This document shows positions 23,000-34,313 of a stretch of DNA of 64,000 nt, piece by piece (the stretch's first letter is position 1; each line of letters opens with the position of its first letter). The position numbers were made by a program, and so were the translations under genes. The stretch is from Convolutriloba macropyga (taxonomy: Eukaryota): the NCBI RefSeq assembly GCF_964194025.1, contig NC_134468.1, forward strand, positions 22,878,001-22,942,000. The letters run 5' to 3'. The notes under the pieces are model-generated. The model was not told the DNA's origin and did no database searches. It saw only the letters and a program-made list of their open reading frames with translations.

Positions 23000-24960
23000 A
23001 ACTGGACGGTGTTGAACTGCCAAAATTTGTCCTGAAAGTCTTATTCTTAGGTCCAAATTATCCGGTTAGGGACAAATTGAATGAAGTGCACTTCCTTGCG
23101 GATGTAGACAGATTAGTTCGGGAGTTAAGGGAGAACAACATTGAAGGTGAAAAGTTATCTGAATTAGAATCGTCCGCAAAATGGTACGCCAAGAATGTAC
23201 GTGAGACTCCAATGGATAGAGGGGTTAAAAAAGCTGATGCTTTTTTGAAAGATCAAAGACTACTAGCTGTACCCTTTGATAAAGTATTTGGTTTTTGTGT
23301 TGTGAAACAGACAACATACTTGGATAAACTAAATGAAATTCTCATTTCCACTCAGTTTGAGCCTCGTTATGGAGAAAGTTATGATCTAACAATAAAAACG
23401 GGAAACTCATAATTAGCAGTTTGCACCAATTGTTGAAAAAGGGAAAGATAAGTGAAAAGATTTATCAAAGGCTCAGGACAACTGGATCGCAACTGGCCAG
23501 GCTTTATGGACTTGCTAAAGTACATAAAAGCGGTACTCCGCTTCGGCCTGTTTCGTCAATACCTGGTAGCAGTTACAAGATCCTCAATAAGTTTCTCTCC
23601 TTTTTTCGAGAGGTTATCAGGCGCAGATATTGAGAAAAACTCGAAAGATGCCAGCGCCGCCCTAGAGGATATCAAATTGGATGAAGATGAGCTAGTTGTA
23701 TCTCTCGAGGTTGAAAGCTTATACACAAAAGTACCAAGTGAGGAGGCAATTGAAATTGCGCTTAAAAAACTGTACTCCAGTGACGAGATACCTGAGATTC
23801 CGAGGTCAGCGATGAAGAGCCTTTTCAGACAGGCCTTAGATAATGTTTAGTTTAATTGTAATAAAAGGTGATACACTCAATCGGACGGTTTAGCAATGAG
23901 TGCTTCGCTGGCTGTAATTTTGGCAAATTGGTAAATGAAATCTTTGATAAATCTTTAAAGAAACCAAATGAAGGAAGGGAGAACAAAACTCCTGACACAA
24001 AGATGATATGCATTGACTGTAACCGACGCGTTACTTTCCGAGGGAAAGGGGTCGAGTGCGAATCATGCAAAAACTGGTTCATGCAAAATGCCAAGATATC
24101 ATTGACACAGAGTATAAGACCATGCAGGATATTGTTTGGATTTGTTCCTATTGTGCAGAAAAAGGTACAAAAGAGGACATAAAGGAATTGAAATTATTCA
24201 AGAGGTATGTAGAGGACATAGTGTGCGCCGTCAAGGGGAACCCTCTAGATTACCATGAGTTTGCATATTCTCTTCACAAGAACACACTTCAATCTTGAGA
24301 CACCAGACGGTCGTGGAGACCTGGCATTTCTAGATCTAAACATAAACGTAAACGAAGATAGGAAAATAAGCTATCATTGGAATCAAAAATCCACCGATAC
24401 TGGCATAATCCTAAATTGTCGCAGCTGTGCACCGTTACAACTTTAAAAAAATGTGATGCAAGGGACTGTGCATAGGATTGTTAGTGCGACCAGTGGCTGG
24501 CACTCATTTGAACTAGCTCTCAAGCAAAATCAAGAGATCTGGACCGAAAATCAATATCCAACAGAGTGGTCCTCCAGTATTGTTCACGAGACGTGTGATA
24601 AAATAGTCACGAGGGAAAAGGTCACAACAAAACCCCCAAAATGAACAACATCACAAAAAAGTTAAAAGTCTCAACAATAAGGAGCCTAAATTGAGGTTTT
24701 TTGTACAATCCAGAGGAAATATTACACAAAATTTCCCAAGTCGACTGAAAAAATTGTGTGATATTCAAATCATTTTCACAACAAGAAAGCTAAGAACTTG
24801 CTTGCCCACCCTGAAATAATCTTTTGATAAAAATCTGAAATCCTTTGTGGTATATAAAGTTACATGTAGTAGATGCAGTTCGAACAATGTTGGCCAAACC
24901 AGCTGACATAATACCAGTAGAATTTCGGAGCATCAAAAGAAGGATTCTCCAGTGGAAATT
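23000..24960 (+). mobile_element. Penelope-like retroelement fragment, copy 2, same architecture
   Basis: Same motifs; retains ASAALEDIKLDED (absent in copy 1) and RYVEDI; 1-bp deletion inside the PHD. Confidence 0.93.
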
Positions 24961-25111
24961 CGAAAATTAATCTGGTAAATGTTAATTCGAAATTTTGACA
25001 ACTCCAACAAGTAAAAATAAAAACAGATAGATAGGAATGAAATTAAAAATCCCTTTTCAGGAATAGAAAGCAATATACCCGGGATTTTCAAAAACTCCGG
25101 AATAAAAACTC

Positions 25112-25270
25112 GGATCTTTTCCGTTTGTGCCCCACAGTACGTTATGCTCCACCCAGTTACAGAGCACTTGCCATTACATAGTAAATCATTATGTAAAAAT
25201 ATTGCACGTGCGTCGGGGGGTGTAAATAATATGCGCCCAATAAGCTTGGGTGGCACAAACGGAAAAGATC
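25112..25270. mobile_element. MITE with 20-bp TIRs GGATCTTTTCCGTTTGTGCC
   Basis: ggatcttttccgtttgtgcc (25112) ... ggcacaaacggaaaagatcc (to 25270). Additional single TIRs at ~20337, 22719, 25650 and 27750. Confidence 0.8.
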
Positions 25271-25432
25271 CAAAAATTCAATTAATTTTAGTTTAATAAG
25301 TGTAAATAAAATGTCGTAAGTGTGAATTTAACTGTAAATAGTTTCAAGAATTCGATGTTATTTTAAATCATTTCTAAGAGTTAGAGTCAAAGACAAGTTA
25401 ATATACTTTGTAAATGATTTCATTTATTTTTT

Positions 25433-25472
25433 AAACCTGACGATGAATTCAATGTTCGAAAACGGTTCGTTT
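25433..25472 (+). ncRNA. Minimal type I hammerhead ribozyme (Penelope pLTR-type)
   Basis: AAAC-CTGACGA-T-GAAT(tcaat)GTTC-GAAA-A(cgg)T-TC-GTTT: core CUGANGA/GAAA/UH, stem I AAAC:GTTT, stem II GAAT:GTTC, vestigial stem III; located just 3' of a Penelope copy. Confidence 0.72.
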
Positions 25473-25657
25473 TTTAATCAATTTAAGTTTTAATTGACAA
25501 TTACTTCTTCTCTACATCAGAAAATGAAAGTCATCAATCTTATTTTGAACAAATTTGAACATCAATGACTTAAGATTAGAATAGAACTATTCTTTACATT
25601 AGATTAGAAACGGTTTGCAAATAATATCCACCCACTAAGCTGAGGGGTGGGCACAAA

Positions 25658-28600
25658 CGGAAAAGATCCTAAAGATCTCATCGATGAAAATGAGGCATAT
25701 TATATAGAAGCCCCCCCCCCCCCCCCAGCTTCTAAAGTAGCAAGGACTACTCCGTAACCGATGAGCTCCTGGCAGCCGACACTGGAGTGTTCAGAAGGTT
25801 GACCGGTAAGCTCACAAAGCAATGGATTCTATGGCTTGTAATGGACAGCATTCCGCACGTTAAGGAAGCAACGTAAAAAACAGTCGCCGCAAAATCTGCA
25901 AAAATCAAGTTTACTGAATCGGTTGAAATGAACGTTTGTTAATAGCGGGTCTTTCCCACTATAGCCACCCGTTATGGTATAATTACCATGATTAGGTTAT
26001 CTGACCACTAAGCTCCGGGGGAGGCTATAATGGCAAGGACCTTTAAAATCGTTGTCATAGTGAACATCCATCTTAGAAAATTGAGTATATGTTGGCACAT
26101 GAATCTTAGCGGCCCGAGGGACTTGGTGCCCTGACACGAGGGCGCTTGCGCCCGAGTGCTGGGCACAGGGCTCGAGGGGGCTAAGAATCATGTGCTAACT
26201 TGTTTAGAGAACAAAAGGGTACTAAGGGGGTTAAACTTTAATTAAAATTGAAAATAATAGTACAGAGATATCGAACTTTTTGTCACCAAAAAGCTAAGAG
26301 AAAGAGGGGATTGGAGTATTTGGAGAAGCTTTTCAAAAGTTGTGAATAAGCCAAATGTTTCCGATTCCAAGGCGAGGCAAGTGCTTTCGTTTCAGGTTTT
26401 GATTGGAAATGTTTAAAGTATTAGTGGGCTTGGCCTCACCGCCAAAAAATATGTTTCCTTACTGCGATCGGGTGGCTAGTTTAGGGTCGCAAAACTTAGC
26501 ACTCCACTTTTGCACGTGCTAATTGAACTTGCCGCCAAGTTTTAGCGACCAAAAAATTCGTACCCTGGGTTTTAATACGTAAGAATGATCCGGAAAATCC
26601 AATTTTCCCCCAATTAGTGCTTTCTGAATTCATTGGATTTCGGAGTCATGAGTTTTTGCTACGCTTTTTCGGTTTCGCGTCATGAATTTGCTTCAATTTT
26701 AATCTCCATGTTGATCAAGCTAAAAAAAAGGGTCTTTGCCATTATAGCCCCCAGCTTAGTGGTCAGATAGCCTATAGCCCCCCCCCCCCCCAATCATGGT
26801 ATTTATACCATAATGGGGGGGGGGGGGGCTATAATGGGAAAGACCAAAAAAAGAATAGGCACTGGTGAAATCAGTCTCAAAATGTGAAAGCATAAAGAGA
26901 CATCCGTCCAGTCGACTGCTGTCCTGGCTTTTCTGGCTCACCAATCCCATGAAAGATTAAATGTTTTTTTTGTTTCTATTCTCTCTGGTTAGAGGACTAA
27001 GCACCATCCTACCTTCGTTTAATGGATCTACTCTTCCTTCTTCGTTCCGGAGTGCCTTTTGTGCCCCACTTACAAATGATATATTGCTATTTACCACGTT
27101 GCTACGTAAAAACGTAACATGTGCGAATGCAGGCGTAAAAGTTGTATGCCCACTAAGCTGGTATCCTTAATAGTGTAGACGGTTAGTCTGACGTCAGGCT
27201 TTTGTTTGGCTATTTACTATTTTTTGCTGAAAACAAGTCAGTTGTTTTCTTCGACAGTCAGCTTCTGCTCTTCTGAGGAATTGGTTCGCAAATCTAGGTC
27301 GCTAAGGAGGCGCGAAATTGTTGATACTTTAATAAGAGTTGTTGTCGAAGAAGGGAGGCTTAGTTTAACTTGCCTTGTGCCTTTATTATGTGTGCTGTTA
27401 ATCCTTTACCTTCATGTATTCGTAGTTTTTCTTAAAAACTATATTTATCCTTTATTGATAGATTGAGAATAAAACCAAATGCTTTCTGAAGACGTTAGGA
27501 ATCAAGGTTCAATTTTCAACCCGCTAGCAAAAAGTTGCCCTGAAAGCAGTAGCGAAGCCTACAAGTTTCATGAATCTATCAAAAAGAACAAGTATGAACA
27601 AAGAATAACAGGTTGAGAAAGCAACATTCTGTCCGCTTGTCTTCGCATGCACTGGTGGAGCTGGCCCATCAGCTTCAAAAGCGCTGAAACAACTAGCATC
27701 AAAGCTCTCTGCGCGAAAAGAAGACAGCTACGCTGATATCATATCATATCCGGAAAAGATCCTAAAGATCTCGTCGATGAGAATGAGGCATATTATATAG
27801 AAGCCCCCCCCCAGCTTCTACAGTAGCAAGGACTACTCCGTAACCGATAAGCTCCTGGCAGCCGGCACTGGAGTGTTCAGAAGGTTAACCGGGAAGCTCA
27901 CAAAGCAATAGATTCTATGGCTTTTAATGGACAGCATTCCGCACGTTAAGGAAGCAACGTAAAAAACAGTCGCCGCAAAATCTGCAAAAATCAAGTTTAC
28001 TGAATCGGTTGAAATGACCGTTTGTTAATAGCGGGTCTTTCCCACTATAGCCACCCGTTATGGTATAATTACCATTATTAGGTTATCTGACCACTAAACT
28101 GGGGGGGGGGCTATAATGGCAAGGACCTTTAAAATCGTTGTCATAGTGAACATCCATCTGAGAAATTTGAGTATATGTTGGCACATGAATCTTAGCGGCC
28201 CGAGTGACTTGGTGCCCTGACACGAGGGCGCTTGCGCCCGAGTGCTCGGCACAGGGCTCGAGGGGGCTAAGAATCATGTGCTAACTTGTTTAGAGAACAA
28301 AAGGGTACTAAGGGGGTTAAGAGATATCGAACTTTTTGTCACCAAAAAGCTAAGAGAAAGAGGGGATTGGAGTATTTGGAGAAGCTTTTCAAAAGTTGTG
28401 AATAAGCCAAATGTTTCCGATTCCAAGGCGAGGCAAGTGCTTTCGTTTCAGTTTTTGATTGGAAATGTTTAAAGTATTAGTGGGCTTGGCCTCACCGCCA
28501 AAAATTATGTTTCCTTACTGCGATCGGGTGGCTAGTTTAGGGTCGCAAAACTTAGCACTCCACTTTTGCACGTGCTAATTGAACTTGCCGCCAAGTTTTA

Positions 28601-29797
28601 GCGACCAAAAAATTCGTACCCTGGGTTTAAATACGTAAGAATGATCCGGAAAATCCGATTTTCCCGCAATTAGTGCTTTCTGAATTCATTGGATTTCGGA
28701 GTCATGAGTTTTTGCTACGCTTTTTCGGTTTCGCGTCATGAATTTGCTTCAATTTTAATCTCCATGTTGATCAAGCTAAAAAAAAGGGTCTTTGCCATTA
28801 TAGCCCCCAGCTTAGTGGTCAGATAACCTATAGCCCCCCCCCCCCCCAATCATGGTATTTATACCATAATGGGGGGGCTATAATGGGAAAGACCAAAAAA
28901 AGAATAGGCACTGGTGAAATCAGTCTCAAAATGTGAAAGCATAAAGAGACATCCGTCCAGTCGACTGCTGTCCTGGCTTTTCTGGCTCACCAATCCCATG
29001 AAAGATTAAATGTTTTTTTGTTTCTATTCTCTCTGGTTAGAGGACTAAGCACCATCCTACCTTCGTTTAATGGATCTACTCTTCCTTCTTCGTTCCGGAG
29101 TGCCTTTTGTGCCCCACTTACAAATGATATATTGCTATTTACCACGTTGCTACGTAAAAACGTAACATGTGCGAATGCAGGCGTAAAAGTTGTATGCCCA
29201 CTAAGCTGGTATCCTTAATAGTGTGGACGGTTAGTCTGACGTCAGGCTTTTGTTTGGCTATTTACTATTTTTTTGCTGAAAACAAGTCAGTTGTTTTCTT
29301 CGACAGTCAGCTTCTGCTCTTCTGAGGAATTGATTCGCAAATCTAGGTCGCTAAGGAGGCGCGAAATTGTTGATACTTTAATAAGAGTTGTTGTGAAGAA
29401 GGGAGGCTTAGTTTAACTTGCCTTGTGCCTTTATTATGTGTGCTGTTAATCCTTTACCTTCATGTATTCGTAGTTTTTCTTAAAAACTATATTTATCCTT
29501 TATTGATAGATTGAGAATAAAACCAAATGCTTTCTGAAGACGTTAGGAATCAAGGTTCAATTTTCAACCCGCTAGCAAAAAGTTGCCCTGAAAGCAGTAG
29601 CGAAGCCTACAAGTTTCATGAATCTATCAAAAAGAACAAGTATGAACAAAGAATAACAGGTTGAGAAAGCAACATTCTGTCCGCTTGTCTTCGCATGCAC
29701 TGGTGGAGCTGGCCCATCAGCTTCAAAAGCGCTGAAACAACTAGCATCAAAGCTCTCTGCGCGAAAAGAAGACAGCTACGCTGATATCATATCATAT
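25658..29797 (+). repeat. Tandem duplication of a ~2.1-kb composite unit (25658-27749 / 27750-29797)
   Basis: Near-identical copies starting cggaaaagatcctaaagatctc; the junction at ~27749 cuts the CRE 3' fragment (atcatatc|cggaaaag vs atcatatc|tacggac). Confidence 0.93.
26730..26845. mobile_element. ~100-bp MITE with TIRs GGTCTTT(G/C)CCA(T/C)TATAGCC; related copies at ~19993-20092, 25947-26040, 28033-28127, 28786-28894
   Basis: gggtctttgccattatagcc ... ggctataatgggaaagacc; copies occur in both orientations. Confidence 0.75.
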
Positions 29798-29932
29798 CTA
29801 CGGACAAAAATCAGCTTTGCTCTCCTGAGGAGTTCCATCCTCTGCATTCGCGGGTCAAGGACGCTTAGGCGGCGCGAAATTGTTGATGCTTCGATGGGAG
29901 CTGTGGTTGAAGAAGGGAGGCTGTTAGTTTGA
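29545..29932 (+). mobile_element. 3' end (RLE domain) of a CRE-like non-LTR retrotransposon; truncated duplicate at ~27500-27749
   Basis: HESIKKNKYEQRI..VEKATFCPLVFACTGGAGPSA...LRTKISFALLRSSILCIRGSR...EEGRLLV*. Confidence 0.85.
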
Positions 29933-30154
29933 CCCATCCACTTTCGTCATTAGTTGTTTGTTTTCTAATGCTGTCTGTCTTTTGTTTTTCTTCCTCAGTT
30001 GATGTTTATATATAATAATTTTATTGATAGATTTAATCAATACGAAATGCTTTATGAAGACGTAGTGCTGGGAGGGCCCCCGGGCCAGCCAATATTCACC
30101 CAGTGTTGGGGAGGGGCGTTTGTTAATTTACTTTTTTTCTGAAGACGTTGAGCT

Positions 30155-30272
30155 AGAAGCCCGGACCAAACAATATTAACCCAATATTGGAGAGGAGTGC
30201 ACAAAGTAGTACTACAACTACTTTATGCACTCCTCCCCAATACTCAGTTAATATTGTGTGGTCAGGGCTTCT
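30155..30272. repeat. Imperfect ~55-bp inverted repeat (foldback) upstream of the lipase-GTPase gene
   Basis: agaagccc-ggacca-acaatattaac-..tattgg.gaggagtgca.aaagtagt / actacttt.tgcactcctc.ccaata..-gttaatattgt-tggtc-gggcttct with a 6-nt loop. Confidence 0.85.
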
Positions 30273-30543
30273 TGGTCTAACTACTTTGTGCTTGAGATTT
30301 AAAGTTTGTGCATAATTTACTGATTAGTCTTCTGCTGATAGCGCCGAAGCAAGGTGACATCGTTCTAGAAAAAAACTGTAAAATTAATCTCATCGGCGTA
30401 ATCTTGATGGTGAGAATTCAGAAAGACGAAGGAACAAGAATCTCTTTATTACGTGTACGACATCTATAAAGGCTAATAGGATAGGAAGTCCAAAGAGTAA
30501 GTGTTCTAGGTTTTTATGCGCTTTGTTTTGTCTGCGCGGCAGA

Positions 30544-33500
30544 ATGAGCGATGAAGTTGTTGTTCAATTCCGTGGGCAAACACAAACGTTGGACATCGAC
30601 GATTTGACCTCTGATGATTTGAAAGAACATTTTGGGCTGGAGTTTGAAGTCAAACAATTAGTTGAAGTCTCTTCTGGAAAATCCATACTGCTCAAAAAAA
30701 CAGAAAAATTTAAAGCTGGTTATACTTACGAGATTAGAGAGCCACCAACATCTGGCGGAACGAAATCAGAAAAACAGGTCAAAGACCTCTCGAACTGGCT
30801 GCTGAAAAACAAAAACACTGTCCAGAATGCCCTTGTTGCCAGTGCTGCCACCTATCAAGAAAACCCGGAGATTTACCTTGTAAATTCAATAATAGATCAC
30901 AATTTGAAATCCCTTGTGGTATCTGCATGTGGTGATTGTTCCTTTCTAATAGCCGAAGAGCTTAACTCGAATTCAGTATACATTGCATTTCGAGGAACGG
31001 AGACAATAAATGATGTTAAAGAAGATCTGAAGATATACCAAAAAGCGGCTTCGCAGGGGCTAGCGCATGGAAGATTTCACGCTGGGTTTCTTTCGCGTGC
31101 CGAAATGTTTCCTCTTGAGAAAGTTTTGATGAGTGATCTAGTAAGAAATAAATCCCTGATTCTCTGTGGTCATTCTCTTGGTGGTGCTATAGCTTCTATT
31201 GTTGCTACTAATATTCTTCTCGAAAAAGAGCGGATGAAAAATCAACATATCAGCAGCGTAATAAATATAACATTTGGTGCTCCACTATTTGGCGATGACT
31301 CTGTTAGAAATTTCTTAATTGAGAAAAATATCGACTCTTGTTTCTATCATATTGTTGCTGAAAACGACCCTGTGCCAAGTTTGTTGTCGTTTACGCAGAG
31401 TATATCTGCAATGAAACACCAAGTGGATAAGCAAGTAAGTCAGTTAGTCTCAACTGTATCGACAGTTGCCGGTCAAGCATACGTGGAGGAGAGAAAGCAA
31501 TCTTTGATGGCAACGAAAGAGAGTTACGTTGGTTATTTATCGAAAATCGAACCCTTTCTATCGCCAGCACTGGACGTTGCTTGTGTAGTGTACCCTGCTA
31601 ATGCAGTATTTTTGAGAGGAGTTAAAGAGGGTCTGGATATGTTGACAAAAAGTATGGACAAGTCGACTGAATTAGAGGTTTCCCAGAAGTACGTCCCCGT
31701 TGGGAATTTTTTCTTTCTCTGTGATGAATTTTTGTTCACAAAATGCTTTGAAAGCTCTGACGTCGGTAGCATAACCCAGTCTTTGGACATCCTGAAAAAT
31801 GCGAAATTGAGTTCTCATGAGCCGCATAAGGTTGTAAACTACATGAGAATGTGTAAATACAACAAATGTTTTCAACCCGGGGGCTACCCTCCTGATGAAA
31901 TTACTTACTTGCCATTTGATGATGGAGCTCTTACGGTTCACACCTGTCCCAGAACTATCCAAGAAGTTTTAATCTTTGATCCAAAACTGCACAGCATTGA
32001 ACTGGCCACTGTCAAATGTCAAGACGTCACTCAGTTGAGGCTAGTGCTAATAGGGGAAAATTTGTTTCAAATTTATCTTCCTAGGTGCTCATTTGATCTG
32101 GGCTTTCCATTTGGCGTTTCTGAAAAGTCAACTGTCAAAAAAATTTCCATGGGAGATAAAATCGAAAAACTTGTTATTGAACAAGAGGTTAATGTGAATG
32201 AGCTTAGTATCTCCGACCACGGATCCAAGGTCAAAGTCGCGACTCAGTTCGGGTTTGCAGAAGGAATTCTTCCTCGGAACAACATCAGGAATATTGAGGT
32301 ACAGTCTGTGTCACAAATTTCAAAGCACGAGTCAATTTCCTTGGTGGTTCGAAAATCCGTTCAACGTGGAATGGCGCTTTCTCAACTAAAGAACAAAAGT
32401 TCTCTCAACGAACCATTAGTTTCTGAAATTTTGAACCTTGCAGCAAAGTGCCTTGAAGCCCAAGATAATCAAAAGCTGCTTGATATGTTTGACGACAAAA
32501 CAAAGAATGTCCAGTTTGTTCTGAGTAACGAGCAGGAGTACAAGAAAGTTCGAGACATATGCGACAAGATTGAAAAGTACATGATGAGTCCTCTGGAGTT
32601 GAACGCAGAGAAATCGACCCTTCAGGTTATATCAGTGGGTGCGTTGGCTGTACTAGGAGGAAGTGCCTTGGCCTACATGGCAGGTCCAGGGTTGCTTTTA
32701 GTGGGAGCAATAGAAGCGCTTAACATCACGGGAGTGGGGACAGCTGCTGCTTTTGGAACTCTTGGTACAGGGTATGTTGCCAATCGTTGGCTAACACAAG
32801 CTGTCGCAGACCAAAACTACATTCAAGTTTTAAAGTTCATCAAGGCTGAACTCTTCCGAGTTTGGAGTGAGAGGGTAAAAGATACGGACCCTGAGTTGCT
32901 GCAGCGTGTTTCGGATCTCTCTAATGATGATACAGTTTACAGTAATGAAAAAGCACTGCTTCTAATGTACGACAAAAATCTAGGAATATTCAACTTCGAA
33001 GGTAGTGGACTTGAAAACTGCACTGACGCCTCAAAACAACAATTATTGCGACGCATTGAGTGCGTCGAAGTTGTTCACAGAATTAGGGACATCCTTGCCT
33101 CTCAGTGTTTTATTGGTATTGTCGGGCTCCAGGATTCGGGTAAGACTACCCTTCTTAACAAAATCTGGGGCTTTAAAGGAAGCACTGGCCTTTTTGCACA
33201 CACCGATGTACCAGTTATGCATCAAATATCACGGAAAGTGCACATAATTGACTTCCCTGGAAGTAACAGCTTAGATTACCATGCTAAGACATTCAGTATC
33301 TGTGGTGCCATGAATAACATGATTATTGTTCTTGTGCCTTTTACTGGTGATGTGAGCGACATTGTCAGCCGCGAGTTAGCTAAAGTTTATGAAGCTATGG
33401 TTGGATCAGAATCTTCTAGAATTATAATTTGTGTAAACAAAACTGGAATGCATCTAATGAAGCTGCGCGAAGAGCTTAGAAATGAAGAGAATCCTATTGA

Positions 33501-33750
33501 CTTTATGAAAGAACGTTACATTACGAAGTTGAACGAGCATTTTACTGATAGAAAAATTAAAATGAAGAAAGAACACATTTTCTTCACAGATTGGGAAGCA
33601 GGTCAAGAAGCGCGGGATTTTGGGATCGAGGGAATTGACGCAATAAAAGACGTGATAAAGCAGCATCTGATTGAGCTCAATGTTATTAGTAGAATGGCTG
33701 TTGATGAACTTGAGCAGGCGGTTGCTCCACCACAAGAGCCTAAATCGTGA
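30544..33750 (+). CDS. Intronless multidomain protein: class-3 (EDS1/PAD4-like) lipase + probable IPT/Ig-like domain + Gly-rich hydrophobic hairpin + C-terminal TRAFAC P-loop GTPase
   Basis: YIAFRGT, FHAGF, GHSLGG (Ser 31174), ITFGAP, NDPVP (Asp), YVPVGNFFF, HKVVNY (His); PKLHSIE...LVLIGENL; GALAVLGGSALAYMAGPGLLLVG...GVGTAAAFGTLG; G1 GLQDSGKT, G2 HTD, G3 DFPG, G4 NKTG. Intact ORF of ~1068 aa. Confidence 0.92.
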   Translation: MSDEVVVQFRGQTQTLDIDDLTSDDLKEHFGLEFEVKQLVEVSSGKSILLKKTEKFKAGYTYEIREPPTSGGTKSEKQVKDLSNWLLKNKNTVQNALVASAATYQENPEIYLVNSIIDHNLKSLVVSACGDCSFLIAEELNSNSVYIAFRGTETINDVKEDLKIYQKAASQGLAHGRFHAGFLSRAEMFPLEKVLMSDLVRNKSLILCGHSLGGAIASIVATNILLEKERMKNQHISSVINITFGAPLFGDDSVRNFLIEKNIDSCFYHIVAENDPVPSLLSFTQSISAMKHQVDKQVSQLVSTVSTVAGQAYVEERKQSLMATKESYVGYLSKIEPFLSPALDVACVVYPANAVFLRGVKEGLDMLTKSMDKSTELEVSQKYVPVGNFFFLCDEFLFTKCFESSDVGSITQSLDILKNAKLSSHEPHKVVNYMRMCKYNKCFQPGGYPPDEITYLPFDDGALTVHTCPRTIQEVLIFDPKLHSIELATVKCQDVTQLRLVLIGENLFQIYLPRCSFDLGFPFGVSEKSTVKKISMGDKIEKLVIEQEVNVNELSISDHGSKVKVATQFGFAEGILPRNNIRNIEVQSVSQISKHESISLVVRKSVQRGMALSQLKNKSSLNEPLVSEILNLAAKCLEAQDNQKLLDMFDDKTKNVQFVLSNEQEYKKVRDICDKIEKYMMSPLELNAEKSTLQVISVGALAVLGGSALAYMAGPGLLLVGAIEALNITGVGTAAAFGTLGTGYVANRWLTQAVADQNYIQVLKFIKAELFRVWSERVKDTDPELLQRVSDLSNDDTVYSNEKALLLMYDKNLGIFNFEGSGLENCTDASKQQLLRRIECVEVVHRIRDILASQCFIGIVGLQDSGKTTLLNKIWGFKGSTGLFAHTDVPVMHQISRKVHIIDFPGSNSLDYHAKTFSICGAMNNMIIVLVPFTGDVSDIVSRELAKVYEAMVGSESSRIIICVNKTGMHLMKLREELRNEENPIDFMKERYITKLNEHFTDRKIKMKKEHIFFTDWEAGQEARDFGIEGIDAIKDVIKQHLIELNVISRMAVDELEQAVAPPQEPKS

Positions 33751-34313
33751 TGTCAAACCGATTGCTGTACAGTAGATGGCTGCCGTAAAATATTTAACAG
33801 AAACTTTTATCAACTTTTTTCTGCCAAATGTCATTAGTTTAGTATCCATTGCTGAAAGCTACTACTTTACATGTGCTGAGCACGACTAAATTCCTCAATC
33901 AGTTATCAATATCTTATCTTCAATCCTGACTGTTGCTTGCCCTTATTCTCTCTGAATTACTAACTTATTCTCTCTTTCCACTCTGAATTACTAACAAATA
34001 TTGCTAGAACCTAGCTTTGTCTATGCAGCCATTTTAAAATCCTATTTTGATACACAAATTTTTGAAATTTCTCAAATTCAATTTATTCAAACCTTAATTT
34101 TTACCCTATTAATTGGTTTCATTTCAATTATTTCGTTGCAAACGATTCAGCTGAATAAATTAATTAGTTAACTCCTTGCAGTGACAATAGGTTCCATATT
34201 ATCTACATAAATGCAGAAACAATTAAAATGAGAGAACCTGCAGAATCGGTTTATAGAATGAACACTTTGCTTAACTTGAACAAGTTTTCTTTGATTCATC
34301 AATACAGGCATCT

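Larger units (their letters stand above)
20337..25111 (+). repeat. Tandem duplication of a ~2.39-kb unit (20337-22718 / 22719-25111)
   Basis: Near-identical sequence; each unit starts at GGATCTTTT(A/C)(T/C)GTTTGTGCC and both carry the same disabling mutations. Confidence 0.95.
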
